DNA of 64,000 nt from Macrostomum lignano. Lineage: Eukaryota. The translations under genes and the position numbers were made by a program. The stretch is taken from positions 1 to 64,000 of the forward strand of contig NIVC01003168.1 of NCBI GenBank assembly GCA_002269645.1, in the 5' to 3' direction. Of the stretch, positions 1 through 12,974 are shown one piece after another. Each line of letters opens with the position of its first letter. The stretch's first letter is position 1. The notes beneath the pieces were generated by a model, which was not told the DNA's origin, searched no databases, and worked only from the letters and a program-made list of their open reading frames with translations.

Positions 1-538
1 GCTTTTTTAAAATAGTAACTTTAACAGCCTATGCCTAGGGTAGGCAGGCCTTAGGCACTGCACACACCACATGTTTAAACTAGTTTCTGCGTAAGCCTAT
101 AAATAACAAATTAGATTTACATTAATTAGGCCTGCATTATTTAATACATATATAAATAATGTATATAGGGGTCGATATATGTGGGCATAAGGACCTGGCT
201 ATATTTTAAGAGTATTTATCTAGGCCTATAATTAATAAAGGGATTTATGTAGAAGCAAATATCTATAGCCTATAGGACGGAAGGGAAAGGGAAAGGGAAA
301 CAAGGTGCGCTTTACGTTGGATTTTTTGGAATCCTTGGAAGTCAGTTCAACAAAAATGTGCGGAATTTTCCTACCTTCTAAAAATAAGAACAAAAAAGAG
401 AGTTTTCAGTACACCCTAATTAATATCAATATCTTCCTTAACTACTTTAGCTAGGCCAAAAACCATTTTAGAAAGAATACAGAATCGTTTTGTTTTAAGT
501 GACAAAAGTAAAATTTAACTTTGCACTTAACCATTGTC

Positions 539-3500
539 AGCCGGGTCGTTCTCAAATTCTGGGAGGAGCGAAAATTTTAACAATTTTCCGAACATTTACT
601 ATTGTTACTGCCGTATTGAAAATAATAGGACACTTTCATCCGTGAATAAAGATAATTTTTGGGTTGAAATTTATGTTGCAAAAGTGTTTTAAGTTGTCTT
701 GCGGTATTAGGCGATATTAGGTGATGAAAAAATTCAAATTCAATCACTTCACCGATGTCGTAATTTTTGACACTATGATGTCTATAGCTAAAAAAAGTTG
801 TTGTTGTGTTGAAAACTTGCTGTATTACATTTAAAATGAAAGCTTATATAAATTTAATTTAAGATTTTTTTAAAGCTTAATAAACTGCACTATAAATGAT
901 TTTATAGACGCTTAACTGTATGCCTAGCATTTCCGGTGGGATAGCCTCTTTGCGTCTCACAAAATGTATTTTTCAGCTGACGTCTAGAATGTGCGCTTAA
1001 AATGATATATTTTGATGCAGATAATTAGAAAAACATGTCTTATTATCTTTTTGTAAAAAATTGTTATGAAATAGAGCACTATTGTTGATAAAAATAATTA
1101 AAAGCAACCATGCATCGCAATAAACTCCTACTTTGAAGCACAAAATAAATATCCTGTAACCACACTAGCATTCTCCATGGAGCACCTTTTGAGCTGAAAT
1201 TTTACACAGATATCCAGTAAAGTAAACTGAGCAAATGATTTTTTTTGTTTTTGAAAATACTTCAATTTGGCTATGTATCAGTTAGTTCATTGGACATATT
1301 TATTATATTTTTATTAGAATCCTTGTAACCAAGCTACAGAGAAACATGTGCAAAACTGGACCTTGAAATTTGACCTGAATGATCAGCAAATGTGTATCTC
1401 GAAATGATTTTTTTTGTTTTCATCAAGTCATTCTATGCTAATTTTTTCTGAAGGGAAAGATACCATATATTTAGAGTCAATAGGGGAAGCATTTAGACTT
1501 ATTCAATAGTCATTAAAATTGCAACTATATTATTATAATATAGTAATAATATTATACATGTATTATATAGTAATATTAACTTCTAAGATGCCCTTATAAA
1601 TTTAAGTAAAGACAACAGGCCTTAATTAATTAATCAGCATTTTGAAGAAACTGACCTTATACAGATGGGCCCCAAGCTAAGAAATGAATGTAGAGCTTAT
1701 TTCGTGTAAGGTATAAAAATCAATTTATTATAATATTAAATACTCCTAATAAATTGGTTAAATTAGTTATTTACCTTGAATTAATTTAATTTAATAATAA
1801 ATATATAAATTTGTTTCACTTCTTACTGCATTTAAATAGAGTACCTCTCTACTATACTATAATAGTATAGTAAAAGTATATATTAAAAAAGTATAGTAAA
1901 AAATTTTCTTTGGTTTAATCCCACCTTGCCTCAGTTTTTTAGTCTTAATACGAGCTAGATAGTAAGTGTTGATTAATTTGCTCCATCACCTTTTGCCACG
2001 GAAACAGCACATGTCGGACATGCAACACTCTTCCTGATCCCTGGATTCAAGATGACTGCTTCTGCTTCTTCAATGCTTGAAAACTGAGCTCATGGAGCTT
2101 TAGGTTATGCTGTCAGAGTGCTGCTGCCGGTGCTGTGTGTGTATGTGTGTGTCTTCTGCGGGTAGGTTCCCTGTCCCTCAGTTTAGCCACTGTTGTGGGC
2201 TAACTGGAGGAATTGCCGTTGTCGGTGCTGCAGATGGCACTGCATGGTAGTATTGACGCTGTCAGTGACGCTGGCAAAGGCTTGGACAAAGCTAGGTGCC
2301 GTCATTGTCAGGAGGACATGCGTGTGCTGCTTAGACCAGTGCGCACATTCGACTGGACTCGTATCTGGTGCAGTCTGGTGTATTCACTGAGATTGTGTGG
2401 ATCTGCCTCCTCGCATCACCTCAACCAGGCTCAATTTCTTTTGTAGAATTTTCGTGCGCTGCTTAACTGCATCTTGTGCCTGCTGAGTGATGCCAAGAAT
2501 TGTGCCACACAATAATTTGGCCCATAAACTACTCGTATATTATACATATGTATGCACAGCACACACACGCAGTTCATTCATATTAAATGTACTAGTTAAT
2601 GGAATTCTCATCTCATGAGCTCTAGTCTATGGACAAACCTGAAATTACTAGAATATCTAGATAGATCTAAACTTATTTGAGCAGCGCGCTGCGCTGCGAG
2701 CAAATACATGTAGATTCCTTAGTGCAACTAATTAATAGTGTCGTACAGTCTACAGCCTGAAGTAGCCTGTGTAAGATGCGGAGGGATGATTTTTGCATAG
2801 GAAGCCACTACGGTAAGGTTGATGGAACTATGGGGAGGTGAGAGATTCAAAGCGAGGGACGGAAGCCATGCATAGTTCGATCATAAGTTTGATTATTGCA
2901 TGAGTCTGGGGATGCATTAACGAGAGGCGGACGAGAGCATAGAAATAAAGCGGGCTAAATATATGAATACACAAAATTACATGTACTAGCTAGTAATTTC
3001 AGAATGGTCAGCGACTCCTCCGATTTGTATCCGCGACCGCGTGCCCACAAATCCCCCGGCAGACTCTGTCGCAGTTGGTGGTTGTGCACAGAATACAATG
3101 TTAATTTTCGAGCTTCTCTGCAAAAAATGCGTGATGCACTCAAGATGCGTGCTATAGTCTACTTCTTTGATTGATGGCTGGGTTTTGCCTTTTCGCTTGT
3201 GATCATCAAAAGCTTGGGCGTCATTGCTACTGGTGTTTCAGTGTGCGCATTATGTCTGGTTATCATATTATGTGCATGTGCAGTGTCTTTTACCTACATT
3301 TTTGTTTGTCTCTGTTTCCTGCATGCTCTTTCGCATTTTTACACCTCGCACATCCTCATTTTTCTCAATTAACAAGTGAAATCTTTTCTTAAAGACTAAT
3401 TGCTATTTTAGTTAAGCTAGTAGGTTTTTGGTAATTAAATAATTCAATTTTGTCTATTTTCCAAAAAGTTTCAAAAAATGAATTAATTAAAATAAATTTG

Positions 3501-4342
3501 AATTATTTTAAGTTAATTGGAGTAAAATGTCTAATAAGTAACTATAATTTTTTATTTTAAGTACATGTAGCTTTGGTATAAGTATTAATGTAATGAGTAC
3601 TTAAAGTAAAATCAAGCAAGTTATAGTTTTCAGAAATTATGCTACAAATAATCAAATATATACTAGTATCCGAATTCCTTTATTAAGGAACATGCAGTCG
3701 ATATTAAATCCACAATGTGCTCTTTGGTGTTCAAGGATAGTTCCCTGACTTTTTCTATTATTAGTTAGATTTTATTATATTTAATGTAAAAATGAACAAT
3801 TCTATTCAAGGTAAAAATGAACATTCTTTATTTGTCGAATCATCTTGCCTTTGAAAAGATACATAGTGAAAACTTGATTTTTAATTCAAACTTTCAAGAC
3901 TTATTTAGACTTCTTAATTCAGTGATTAGTTAAACTGATCGAAGTTCTTTCGAGTGCATGCTATAATAATTTCGCACTTTTTCGCACACGATAATTTTAA
4001 ATGTCTGGGATTTAGAGCAGAGTAACAAAATGCTGTGCTCAAAAACATTTCCTTTGTCAATTTCTTGTTCTTTTATTTTTGCAAAAGAAATTTAACTGCA
4101 TATTTAAAATAAAAATGGAAGAAAATTTTATTTTCTCTTTTAATATTTTTGTCGTTTATTTTCCGCAACAAAGAATAACAAATAGCCTTGATTTCTTCTC
4201 AATTTCAAGTTTTCTTGTGGTTTTAGTAGCAGCTTCTTACAGAAATTGTTGAAAGAATTTTTTTTGTACGATTATTAGTCGATGTATAAACTTTTTTTGC
4301 AATAACAAAAAGTTGTGACCTAGCTTTGAGAACGACCCAGCC
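539..4342. mobile_element. Possible non-autonomous DNA transposon relic bounded by an 18-bp inverted repeat
   Basis: AGCCGGGTCGTTCTCAAA at 539-556 and TTTGAGAACGACCCAGCC at 4325-4342 (reverse complement GGCTGGGTCGTTCTCAAA, 16/18 match). AT-rich interior with no recognisable transposase; no clear TSD. Confidence 0.3.
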
Positions 4343-5847
4343 ATGGGCCTGTATGGCCAAATTCAGCAGGCTTTGTCTGAGCCAAACACGTACCAGTACC
4401 ACATAACTAGGACTACAACCAGATGTGTCTAGCGATTCCCCCTCGGATATGGACTATAGAGTCCGGAAAGTGAACGGTCAGTGTCACAGCCCTCTACTAA
4501 CTGAACGACAACGAGTTGGCCAAGCCTGAGGAAAGGAGCATCTAATTCGCAGAAAAGCAAAAATTCGTGAGACGCTGGTGCTTCGTCAATGAGTTTCTGC
4601 AGTTTTCGCCTCTCGTAGCCATTATGCAGGACTGGAACGCTATAGTTGTTAAAAAACTAGGCCGCAGATCTCATTTGACTTTACATGTAGTTTCGGTCTC
4701 GAAGCAAAAATCTCTTCTTTCACTGCTTTTCTTATTTTATCACTCATAAATTGCGTTTTATCTTAGAAAGGCGCCGCCGGGGTTCAGTTGCGGGACGAGG
4801 CATGTACTAAACTGTGTGGCTGCATGGTTAGTAGCAATTGCATCGAGCGACGGCTTCTGCTACCTCACACCGTCTCCGACAGTCGGTTGTATGCACACCT
4901 CCGAGTCCCCTGATTTTGTTCTTAGCTCCAGTTTGGATACGGAGAGCAGATCGTTGTGTCAATCTTTTTTATCAGTAGCGTGATCAGTGCAGGCCTAGGT
5001 TGCAGAGCGTATCTGTAAGATGAAAAAGTGAATCATGGATGCAGGAAAGCTTTTTAAAAATGATGCGGGCAGAATAAGTCTGTATATCTCTGATACCTTG
5101 CAGGAACGCAAAATGGCTTCACCCAACGTTTCTCAAAAAATCTAACCAAAGCTTCACCACCTTTGATATGGACAATGACAACAGCATAGACTCTAGAGCC
5201 CGGTGTTATGAAAATTCAATGAAAGCAGAGTTCGAAACCCTGATTACGCGGATTTGATTGAATGGGTGACTCACAACTCAATACCCTATCGACAATAAGC
5301 AATGCGAGGATAACAAACAATGCTATATTTTTTCCGCGGGAAGATTGCAATAAACTCATCTAGTCTGATGACAGTTATTTAAAGTACAGAACGATTTTCA
5401 GTCATTTTAATTTTTGTTGACTTGATTAGCTAGCGTTAGCTTGAATGAGTCTCAGCGAGAAATTGAACCCAGCGAGGACGTTACGTGTCGGCACAGGCTG
5501 AGGTCGCCGTTTTGCCTTGATCGTTCCGCGCTTTCCGAAAGCCAACTGTTTCTGAATTAGCTGGAGGCCCACGACAAGTGGTGATTGCTTTCCCTCTGAT
5601 AAAAAAATCATGAGAAAGAAGGTCCATGAACTAGCTCATGCCATTAACGAACAGGGTTGATCGAGGTTACGGCACTCATGATAGTTCATCGGGCCTTGTG
5701 TTGACTCACTCAAATATGTCAAGCTACATGCAAATACGTTCTAATGCAATACTAGACCTGCATAAAAGATCCCACCCGTAGGAATCCAAGCATGCAAGAC
5801 CCTCGTGCAGCTATGGACGATTACGGCAAGATATGGGAATTTTCATA

Positions 5848-8066
5848 TGATGTAACCACGCTCTGGTCGCGGGATAGGGCATGGGAACTTTTTCGTAAGT
5901 GCCTCCTATCCCGTGTACCCCCCTGCACAGAGCCGTCGAGACTCGGCCAGGTTTCCGACCAGTCCTGGAGACTCCCGCTCTGCTGCACCCCCCTGCTGCC
6001 TTGGTTCCGTCTCCCCTGCCGCCACACCTGCCTTTCCGGAGCTCCCTGTCCCTCTCTGTACCCTCCCCTCTACCTTATCTCCCCTGCACTCCACCCTATT
6101 CTTCTGGTACTTCCCCTATCCCCCCTCTTTTGTCTCTCTCTGCACTCTTTTCTTGCGCTGTCCCCTCTTTCTCTACGTCTACTTACAGTATGTTGTGTGC
6201 TCACCGTCCTCCCATCCTTTCCCAAACTCCCAAACGGTGACGCAAGTCGTGTGACCCCTTCTCCCCCCCGATGACTCATCGATGACTCACCCCCCTCTCT
6301 TGCGCAACCTTTTCTCATGCCATTGTTCTCCTCCCCAAATTTCTCATGCGACACCCACCCCACCTCCGCTTCTATTGTTCTCATTTTTGATTCTTTTGTT
6401 CTCTCGACCCCCACCAATTATCACATTTTCTCCGATTTTCTCTTTCTTTTGTTCTCGTTTTCGCACCTAATTATCACCTTTTCTCCAATGTTTACTTTTC
6501 CATTGTTCTCAGTTTTCCCCAATTATCCCCGATTTCCAATTCCTTTGTTCTCGACCCCAGCCCTATTGTTCTCAATGTTTGCTTGCGCAACACTTTCGCG
6601 ACCACCCGCTGCGCCAATTATCCCCCCACCCCACCTCCGGATTGCGCAATTTCCCGATTTCTCATGTTGCTATGCCGGTCTCATGCTTCTCATCATGACT
6701 CATTCTGACGTCATTCTGCCGGCAGCCAATCAGAGAGAGGGAGCCATGGTAACGACCTTGAGGAGGCGGCTGTGAGGTCTATAAAAGGAAGCGATTTCGG
6801 CATGAGAATCCTCAGCCTGCTCGACTCTTCCTCTCCTCGTCCTTCTTTGGACTTGCTGTCAGATTGAGTTCTGACCCATTCGTCTATAAGACGAATCCCT
6901 GCCAGTCCGCGGTCTGCTACCGCCAAGTTATCCTTAGCTCCCCAAGTGAGCTCGCCTATCGGCCAGCGGTCTGATACCGCCCAGCATCATCAGCATCGCC
7001 TGATCTACATCAGCGCCTCGTCGCTCCAGCGCATCGCCGCTTCACTGTCTGCCTGACTGCAGCCTACAGCCACCCTCGGTCACTCCGCCTCTCTCTCTCT
7101 CTGTGCAGCTGCCGGTAAGTTCCTGCTACTAATTTGAGCTCTAATTGCCTCTGCTTATCCGGGGTTTGCCTATTTTCCATTGTCTGATTAGAGATCTGAG
7201 CCAATTGTGATACCGTATCTTTTGCTGTATTTTACTCAATAGTGAAGCCGCCTAATTGCCTGATTATTCGCCTAAGGGCCTAATTATTAACTATTAACTA
7301 ACTTCATCATTATTCAATCTTTCACCATCATTTAACTCATGGCTTGCTAAGCCTTTCTCCCGGGGTGGCAAAGCATAAGGGAGTTTGGGTAAGCTAATGG
7401 CCTCTCCCCGTGCAAAGCCCGCCTGTGTGAGTGCGTGCGGCGGGTTCGTGAGTGCGTGCAGTGGAGGGTGATTAGCGAGTCTTGGCACAGAATGGCAGTA
7501 GGAAGGTTGCAACCCCATGCTAACGCGTCCCTTCGCCCTGAGCAATCTAAACTATAGACAGTACATGTTCGCCTCATACTACTCTTAGTAATCAAAGTCG
7601 CAAGTCAGCCTCGCTCACAGCCACAAAGGATCCCCTGCTGAGAAATCCTCCAGGATTGAGCCCAGAGTTCCCGATCATGCCTTAAGCAGAGTCCCTGTAC
7701 TCGGCTGCATGCGTCTCCCCTGTTAGCCTAAATCCCCTGGTAACCAATCCAGGCGGGGCTCTAGCCTCGAGAGGTCTGGTAGAAAGATCCAGGTGCGCCA
7801 GGTCACATAGAGTGGTGGCAGCCACTCGGTCATACCATGACCGAGTGACCAACTATTGCACCTTGGCTACAGGTGGGGTCCATGTGGGTCCTTGGCCCTC
7901 TGGTCACGAAGCGCTACCAAAGCTACTAATCATGTGGGCGGGACAGTCTGGTGCTGGAGGTCCGTCAGGTCATTGCCCGGTCATAGGCAGCCTACGGTCA
8001 TCGCCCCCTCTAGCCAAGCGTTCGTCTCTCTATAGGAGCGGACAGGCGACAAGGGCGGTTACATCA
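5848..8066 (+). mobile_element. Solo LTR (about 2.2 kb), probably Gypsy-like
   Basis: Begins TGATGTAACC and ends GGTTACATCA (perfect 10-bp terminal inverted repeat, TG...CA). Flanked by a 4-bp direct repeat CATA (5844-5847 and 8067-8070). Internal Pol II promoter cluster; no coding capacity. Confidence 0.75.
6696..6787 (+). promoter_or_regulatory. Compact Pol II promoter inside the LTR
   Basis: Within about 90 bp: TGACTCA (AP-1, 6696), TGACGTCA (CRE, 6706), AGCCAATCAG (NF-Y, CCAAT at 6726), GCCATGGTAAC (X-box-like, 6743) and TATAAAAG (6780). Strong donor CCG/GTAAGT at about 7115. Confidence 0.6.
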
Positions 8067-8419
8067 CATATTCTTATTAGATCGATCGAGGAATCAATAA
8101 TATGAAAAAGTACTCATAAATCCTCACATGCACTGGTTCAGTGGTTTCTATGGTTTTGTGATACGTTTCGATTATTTGCGCTTAAACTGACGAAAGATGC
8201 TTGGTAGGTGTAAAACTAAAACGTAAACGGCTGAAAAGTGGGGGATACAGAGTATTCCCGATTTACCCTTAGTATCTATGGCATAATGCATAAATAAATG
8301 CACAGAATGCATTCGTGTCTTACTAATTGACCCCGGCTTTGCTTTATAAAGCATGTCGCGCTAATATATTTGTACATGTTGTTTATCAAAGCTGTAGGCT
8401 ACATGTGCATGCATCAACA

Positions 8420-10904
8420 ATGACTTGCTCCGGTACGCATCCTGATTCCCTTCAAATCGCCCAGACAGCAGTGCCGTCGGGTAGCACCGGAGACGAAGCC
8501 AGCAGCTCCAAACGGGCAAACTGCAAAAGCGCGGTTATTCTAGCCCACCCGTTTCCTCTAGCTGACGTGGCGGATGCCTTTCGAGATAAGTACAGAGCGT
8601 ACATTGGCTATACAATTGAAACTGCAGGACAGCGGGAGCTCACTACTCATATGAGCAAGAATGCAATTGAGTAAGCTTTATTTCACTCGTCTATTTCTAT
8701 ACATTTATTATTATCCTGCATTGAACAATACTGATAGCTTTCACAAATGAATACTGTTTGGATTAGGGACAGGAGTGTGCTCAACCAGTAGTCTGCGCCT
8801 GATACCTGAACTGTTGTCATTGTTGCAGCAGATATAACTAGCCAACCATAATACTTCAAGTGATCTCGTGCACATACTCCACAAACGAACCAGAAAGAAT
8901 ACGACCGCAATGTCTTCATCATATCACTGCAGTATGAAAAAGTCAATCGAGTGCCTCGGATTCAGGCGTCTGGACGAAGACATGGCCGAGTGTTTGCTAG
9001 CTGATGCCGATAAACTGTCTCTGACCGTTTTGACTTCTGGCGACGAGAATCCAGCCATCTGTAAGATATCCGTATGGGGTTTTTGATCAGTACAACACGG
9101 TTGATCTATTCGTAAAGTAAAAATCTTAATTTAGCACTAATAGCTTTTAAAACAAAAATATATTGGATAGCAGAGTAGCATTAGTCATTCAAAATTATAT
9201 TTTTCTTGAAGGCGGTAATTGATTTTGTAATCGTTTACTTTGTTCTATTAGTTCTTCTACCCGACTTGGAAAGTAGAAATTAAACCATGTATTGAAAGCT
9301 TTTTGTAAAGCTGAGTGGAATAAACTAAAAAGCGAAATAAGCAGAACGCGATTGGTACAAATCGAATTACTTCTATAGCTGGTCCAAGCTTCCTGACAGC
9401 AAAGCTGAAGGCCGAGCCGCTCAGCGAAATTCTGGCCTGCGACTGGCAGCTTCACCAACACCTGCGACAGTTGGAGGAGAAATTGAGCCAAGCCAACATA
9501 AGCTTCCTTACTGATTCCGGAAGAGTTTATAATATTGAATACTTCCTTCCGTTGGCTGTCTGCATGGCAGATGCCAAACATCTTGAGGAAACCCTCGGTG
9601 AGAATTTACGCAAATGAATTCATTGAATTAATGCGATTTTTGACAAATCTTGTCCGATAAATCATTGCAGCATCTCGACCTGGCAAATATCTGATAAAAT
9701 CATCCAGGTAAAGTTATATGCGGCAACTAGCAACAAAACTGAGAGTTAAATATGAGCATTGACACATGGCAGAGCTGCAGGGCCTTGGCGTGTAGGTTGC
9801 GCTGTTAGTACCATGCGAAACGCAGAGTCTGCATCCGTCTTCTTGCCAGTGCCTGCAGTGTCATTAGCGACTTCTCCTGCACCGCTTGTGGGCTGTTAAC
9901 TCTGACTCTGAGTTTTGTTGTGGACCTGTGCGGAAGCAGTTGCTTGAATAGTGTTCGCTCGTGTTCAATTTCATGACTGGCCTTTTAATTATCTCGTACA
10001 CTTCAGTGCATTATTTCATTCATCATTTTCTAAATCTTTTTAAGCCGACAGTTTACTTTACAGCCAACTTAAAAATAACCTTCCCTCGATTGCCAGCAGA
10101 AGTTCGAAACCTCGCCAGCGACAGCTGATTAACGTCCAAAGCAGCAACTCCGCAAAGGCTATCCGCGACTGCCTTCTCAGCGGGACACCTTTGCAACAAG
10201 CGTCGCTACAGGCCTATATTGAGCAGCCACTGCTGGTTGACAAGCGCAAGTTCGACATCCGCACCTTCTTAATGCTTGTCTGTCCAAAGCGGGGCGGAGC
10301 TGGTGGCCGAACAAACGATTCCGGCTACTTCGCCTTCCACCATCCGGGCTTCCTGCATCTTCGTCTCGAGCCATTCAACCCGCAATATCCGGAGCCTTCG
10401 CAAGACGGACCGAAATATCAGACGAGTCAGCAGCTCATGGAGGCTTGCACATGGTATCCGGACGAGCTCAACGCTTACTTGAACAGAAAAAAAGGCTTCA
10501 GAATGCCCCCAGACTGGGTCAAAGTTAGGCTGTATCCACAAGCGAGAGCTGTTCTGGGCTACCTAGCTGGCTTGCTTCGATGGAACCTACATGATCGCGT
10601 CTCCGCAACCAGCAGCTTCCGCATCATCAGCGCCCACATGCTTCTGGACGAGAGCCTCAGACTGCACCTGCTGAAGTTGGACGATGATGCGCCAAATTGG
10701 AGCCGCCCAACCAGCGTGGTGGACTCCGTGCTGTCGAGCATTTGGCAGGAGGCTGTCTGTCTCGCATGCGAGATTGCCATCAGATTCAGAAGCGGCAGAA
10801 CCATCAGCGATGATCACTTGGTAACCAGGCGGAACTTTCGCATGGTCTACAGCTCAGAGGATCTGTGTCTCGCCAGACAGAGCGTCACTTTGATGTACGA
10901 CTGA
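8420..10904 (+). CDS. Tubulin-tyrosine-ligase (TTL/TTLL) family protein, TTLL10-like, probably catalytically impaired
   Basis: Exons 8420-8670, 8933-9060, 9379-9597, 9671-9707 and 10097-10904 join in phase with GT-AG sites. Contains the ATP-grasp TTL motif QAYIEQPLLVDKRKFDIR, followed by FHHPGFLHLRLEPFNP. Confidence 0.85.
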
Positions 10905-11612
10905 TAGAGTTGCATTTCAAGTGTACTTGATAGTGAAATTTTCTCTTCCTTTTTAGTTTATCGGCCTTGTCTTAAAAATTGTACCATACTACTCGTTTTG
11001 CTAAGAGCAGGCATAGGAATAAATGCATGCATTTATTGTATCATTCTGTCTTTTTCAATCTAAATAAAGCACTTAGCTGTTCGACTCTTTTCATAAGAGA
11101 TCTGAATTATGATGATATTTAAATTCTTACGTCTGAAGACGTATGAAGCTCGCAAATTCGGGAAGTACTTTTAATGACTACGAGGGCCGGGCACGTAGGA
11201 AGGGGTTGGGAGAGCGATAACTGTCCAAGATTCTTTAAGCGATACTCTTGAGGATAGTAGCGTGTTCACGCTTGAAAAAGTCAAATGACTACTATGCGCA
11301 GGTGAACTATAGTGGGTAATCATAGGGCTAGAAGCAGTTGGGTGATTTTCCCACAAAGCCCAGCTTCTCATCTTTTTTGAAGGCTGATTACTTCAATTTG
11401 AAGGTGAACAATATTGAGGTTATTAGAGTTAGAGGTTATTACGAGTAACTCAAATTTAGTAAGACAAGGAGCCTCCTCTCTGCGTCTATTACTTTATTGT
11501 AGTTTATTTAAAGACACATAATTGCTTCCACAATTGTTCCAGTAACGAGTTAATCAAGTCCTATTTCAGCTTTATCATATCAGCCTAGCATAAGCTCTGC
11601 AGCTCGTATGCC

Positions 11613-12304
11613 TCATTCAGCCATCCAGATGTCGTCACTTACATGTATTTCGCCGCTCAAGGCGGTGGCAAAGCTGTTGAGGTGTCAGAGGCCGCTGCTG
11701 CCGTTGAAGCAATACGGGGACTTGACCAGACTCTTCGCCATGCGAGCTCAGCCCAGAGAGAGGTTGCAAATTCCGCAGCTGGGATGAGCGGATGGGCGGC
11801 GGAGGCGGTGACCTTGTGAAATCGACGGCCCTGGGAGCCTGCATGCAATGTGGGAAACGTATGGACAGAATACACTACATTTCACAGACGGAAAGTGAGT
11901 GAGAGTGAACATTCTCACAGATGGAATTTCTCTTGACTAAACCGTAAAAGCCGCATTTCCAGTGCAATAATCGTCTTTGCACTCCAGACCCTGTTGCTGA
12001 ACCGCAGGAGCCGTAGCAGGAGCCACACTAATAGTAAAGGCCTGTCTGCACGCCTTCGTATCGAAAACCGCCGTACAGATCAAACATCGTGTCTCCTCTG
12101 GACAAGATCACCTGTCTATCGTAGTTAAATATAAACGGGCCGATCTGGTCGATGCCGGCAAGACCCCGCAAGTCTCTGTTAGATTGGTCAATGAGGCAGC
12201 TGGCAAAGACTCTAATGGCCTTCGCTGCCCCAGCAACTCGCGGAGACTAGCAGAACGGCCACTGCAACAGCTGCCCAAGCAGCGAGGACTCTGATGTGGC
12301 TCAT
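11613..12304 (-). pseudogene. Highly degenerate WSC+PAN family pseudogene (copy 1)
   Basis: Signal-peptide-like start MSHIRVLAAWAAVAVAVLL, WSC remnants (NRDLRGLAGIDQ, YGGFRY, CTGNA) and PAN exon remnant (GRRFHKVTASA, FNGSSGL). Several stops and frameshifts. Confidence 0.7.
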
Positions 12305-12974
12305 ATCTTTCAGTGTTAAACTTATTTGTTGACTGAATTGAACCATGTTATTTATTACATGCCTTTCCGCACAGGATGGATGTTAAGCAAAGGCAAAAAA
12401 TACACTGGAAGGAAGCTGCGCAATGCACGGTCAAACATTCTAATTTGGCAACCATATAATACAGAGACAGAAACCTTTAAAACATTGATTATAAATGCAG
12501 TATGCAAATCCCTAACCCCTATCATCCCGTCTTTCAGAACTATTAGACCAAATATTGTCAATTCAATGGGTTAAGCAAGGCTGTTACTGTTTAGAGTCAG
12601 TTATATTAAATTCGAAAAAGCTATAAAAAATCCATCAGATCGATTCTACAAGTATTGCAACTAGACCGACCATATTTGGCTAGTCTAGGATTATTCTGGG
12701 ATTTATTCTCACTTCTGTTAGAAAACAAAACCAACAAAAATACATTCTTTTTTTATTTTCACAGATTTAAAGGTCTGAATTGTGTTTGCAATTGTATTTG
12801 TCGTAAATAGCTGCAAAAGTCTCTCTCTTATTAGTATTTATTATTGCACTCGAATCTAATAGTTAGTATTTCATTTGTGCCTTCGTCACCGAGTTCATGC
12901 ACTGATTCAAAAAGTTAGCCAGCATAGTCTTCAGTCAAATCAGGAACAAAAAACTTATCCTGGACTTCAGGGCT

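Noticed and set aside
1990-2520. GC-richer patch as a possible transposase or zinc-finger remnant
   Set aside because: All frames examined are interrupted and no recognisable motif was found.
5130-5260. EF-hand-like peptide SFTTFDMDNDNSID
   Set aside because: It is a single short motif bounded by stops, with no supporting exons. It could be a pseudogene scrap, but the evidence is insufficient.
5792-8105. Multiple 60-160-aa ORFs within the LTR
   Set aside because: They are low-complexity, pyrimidine-rich translations with no gag, pol or other domain similarity.
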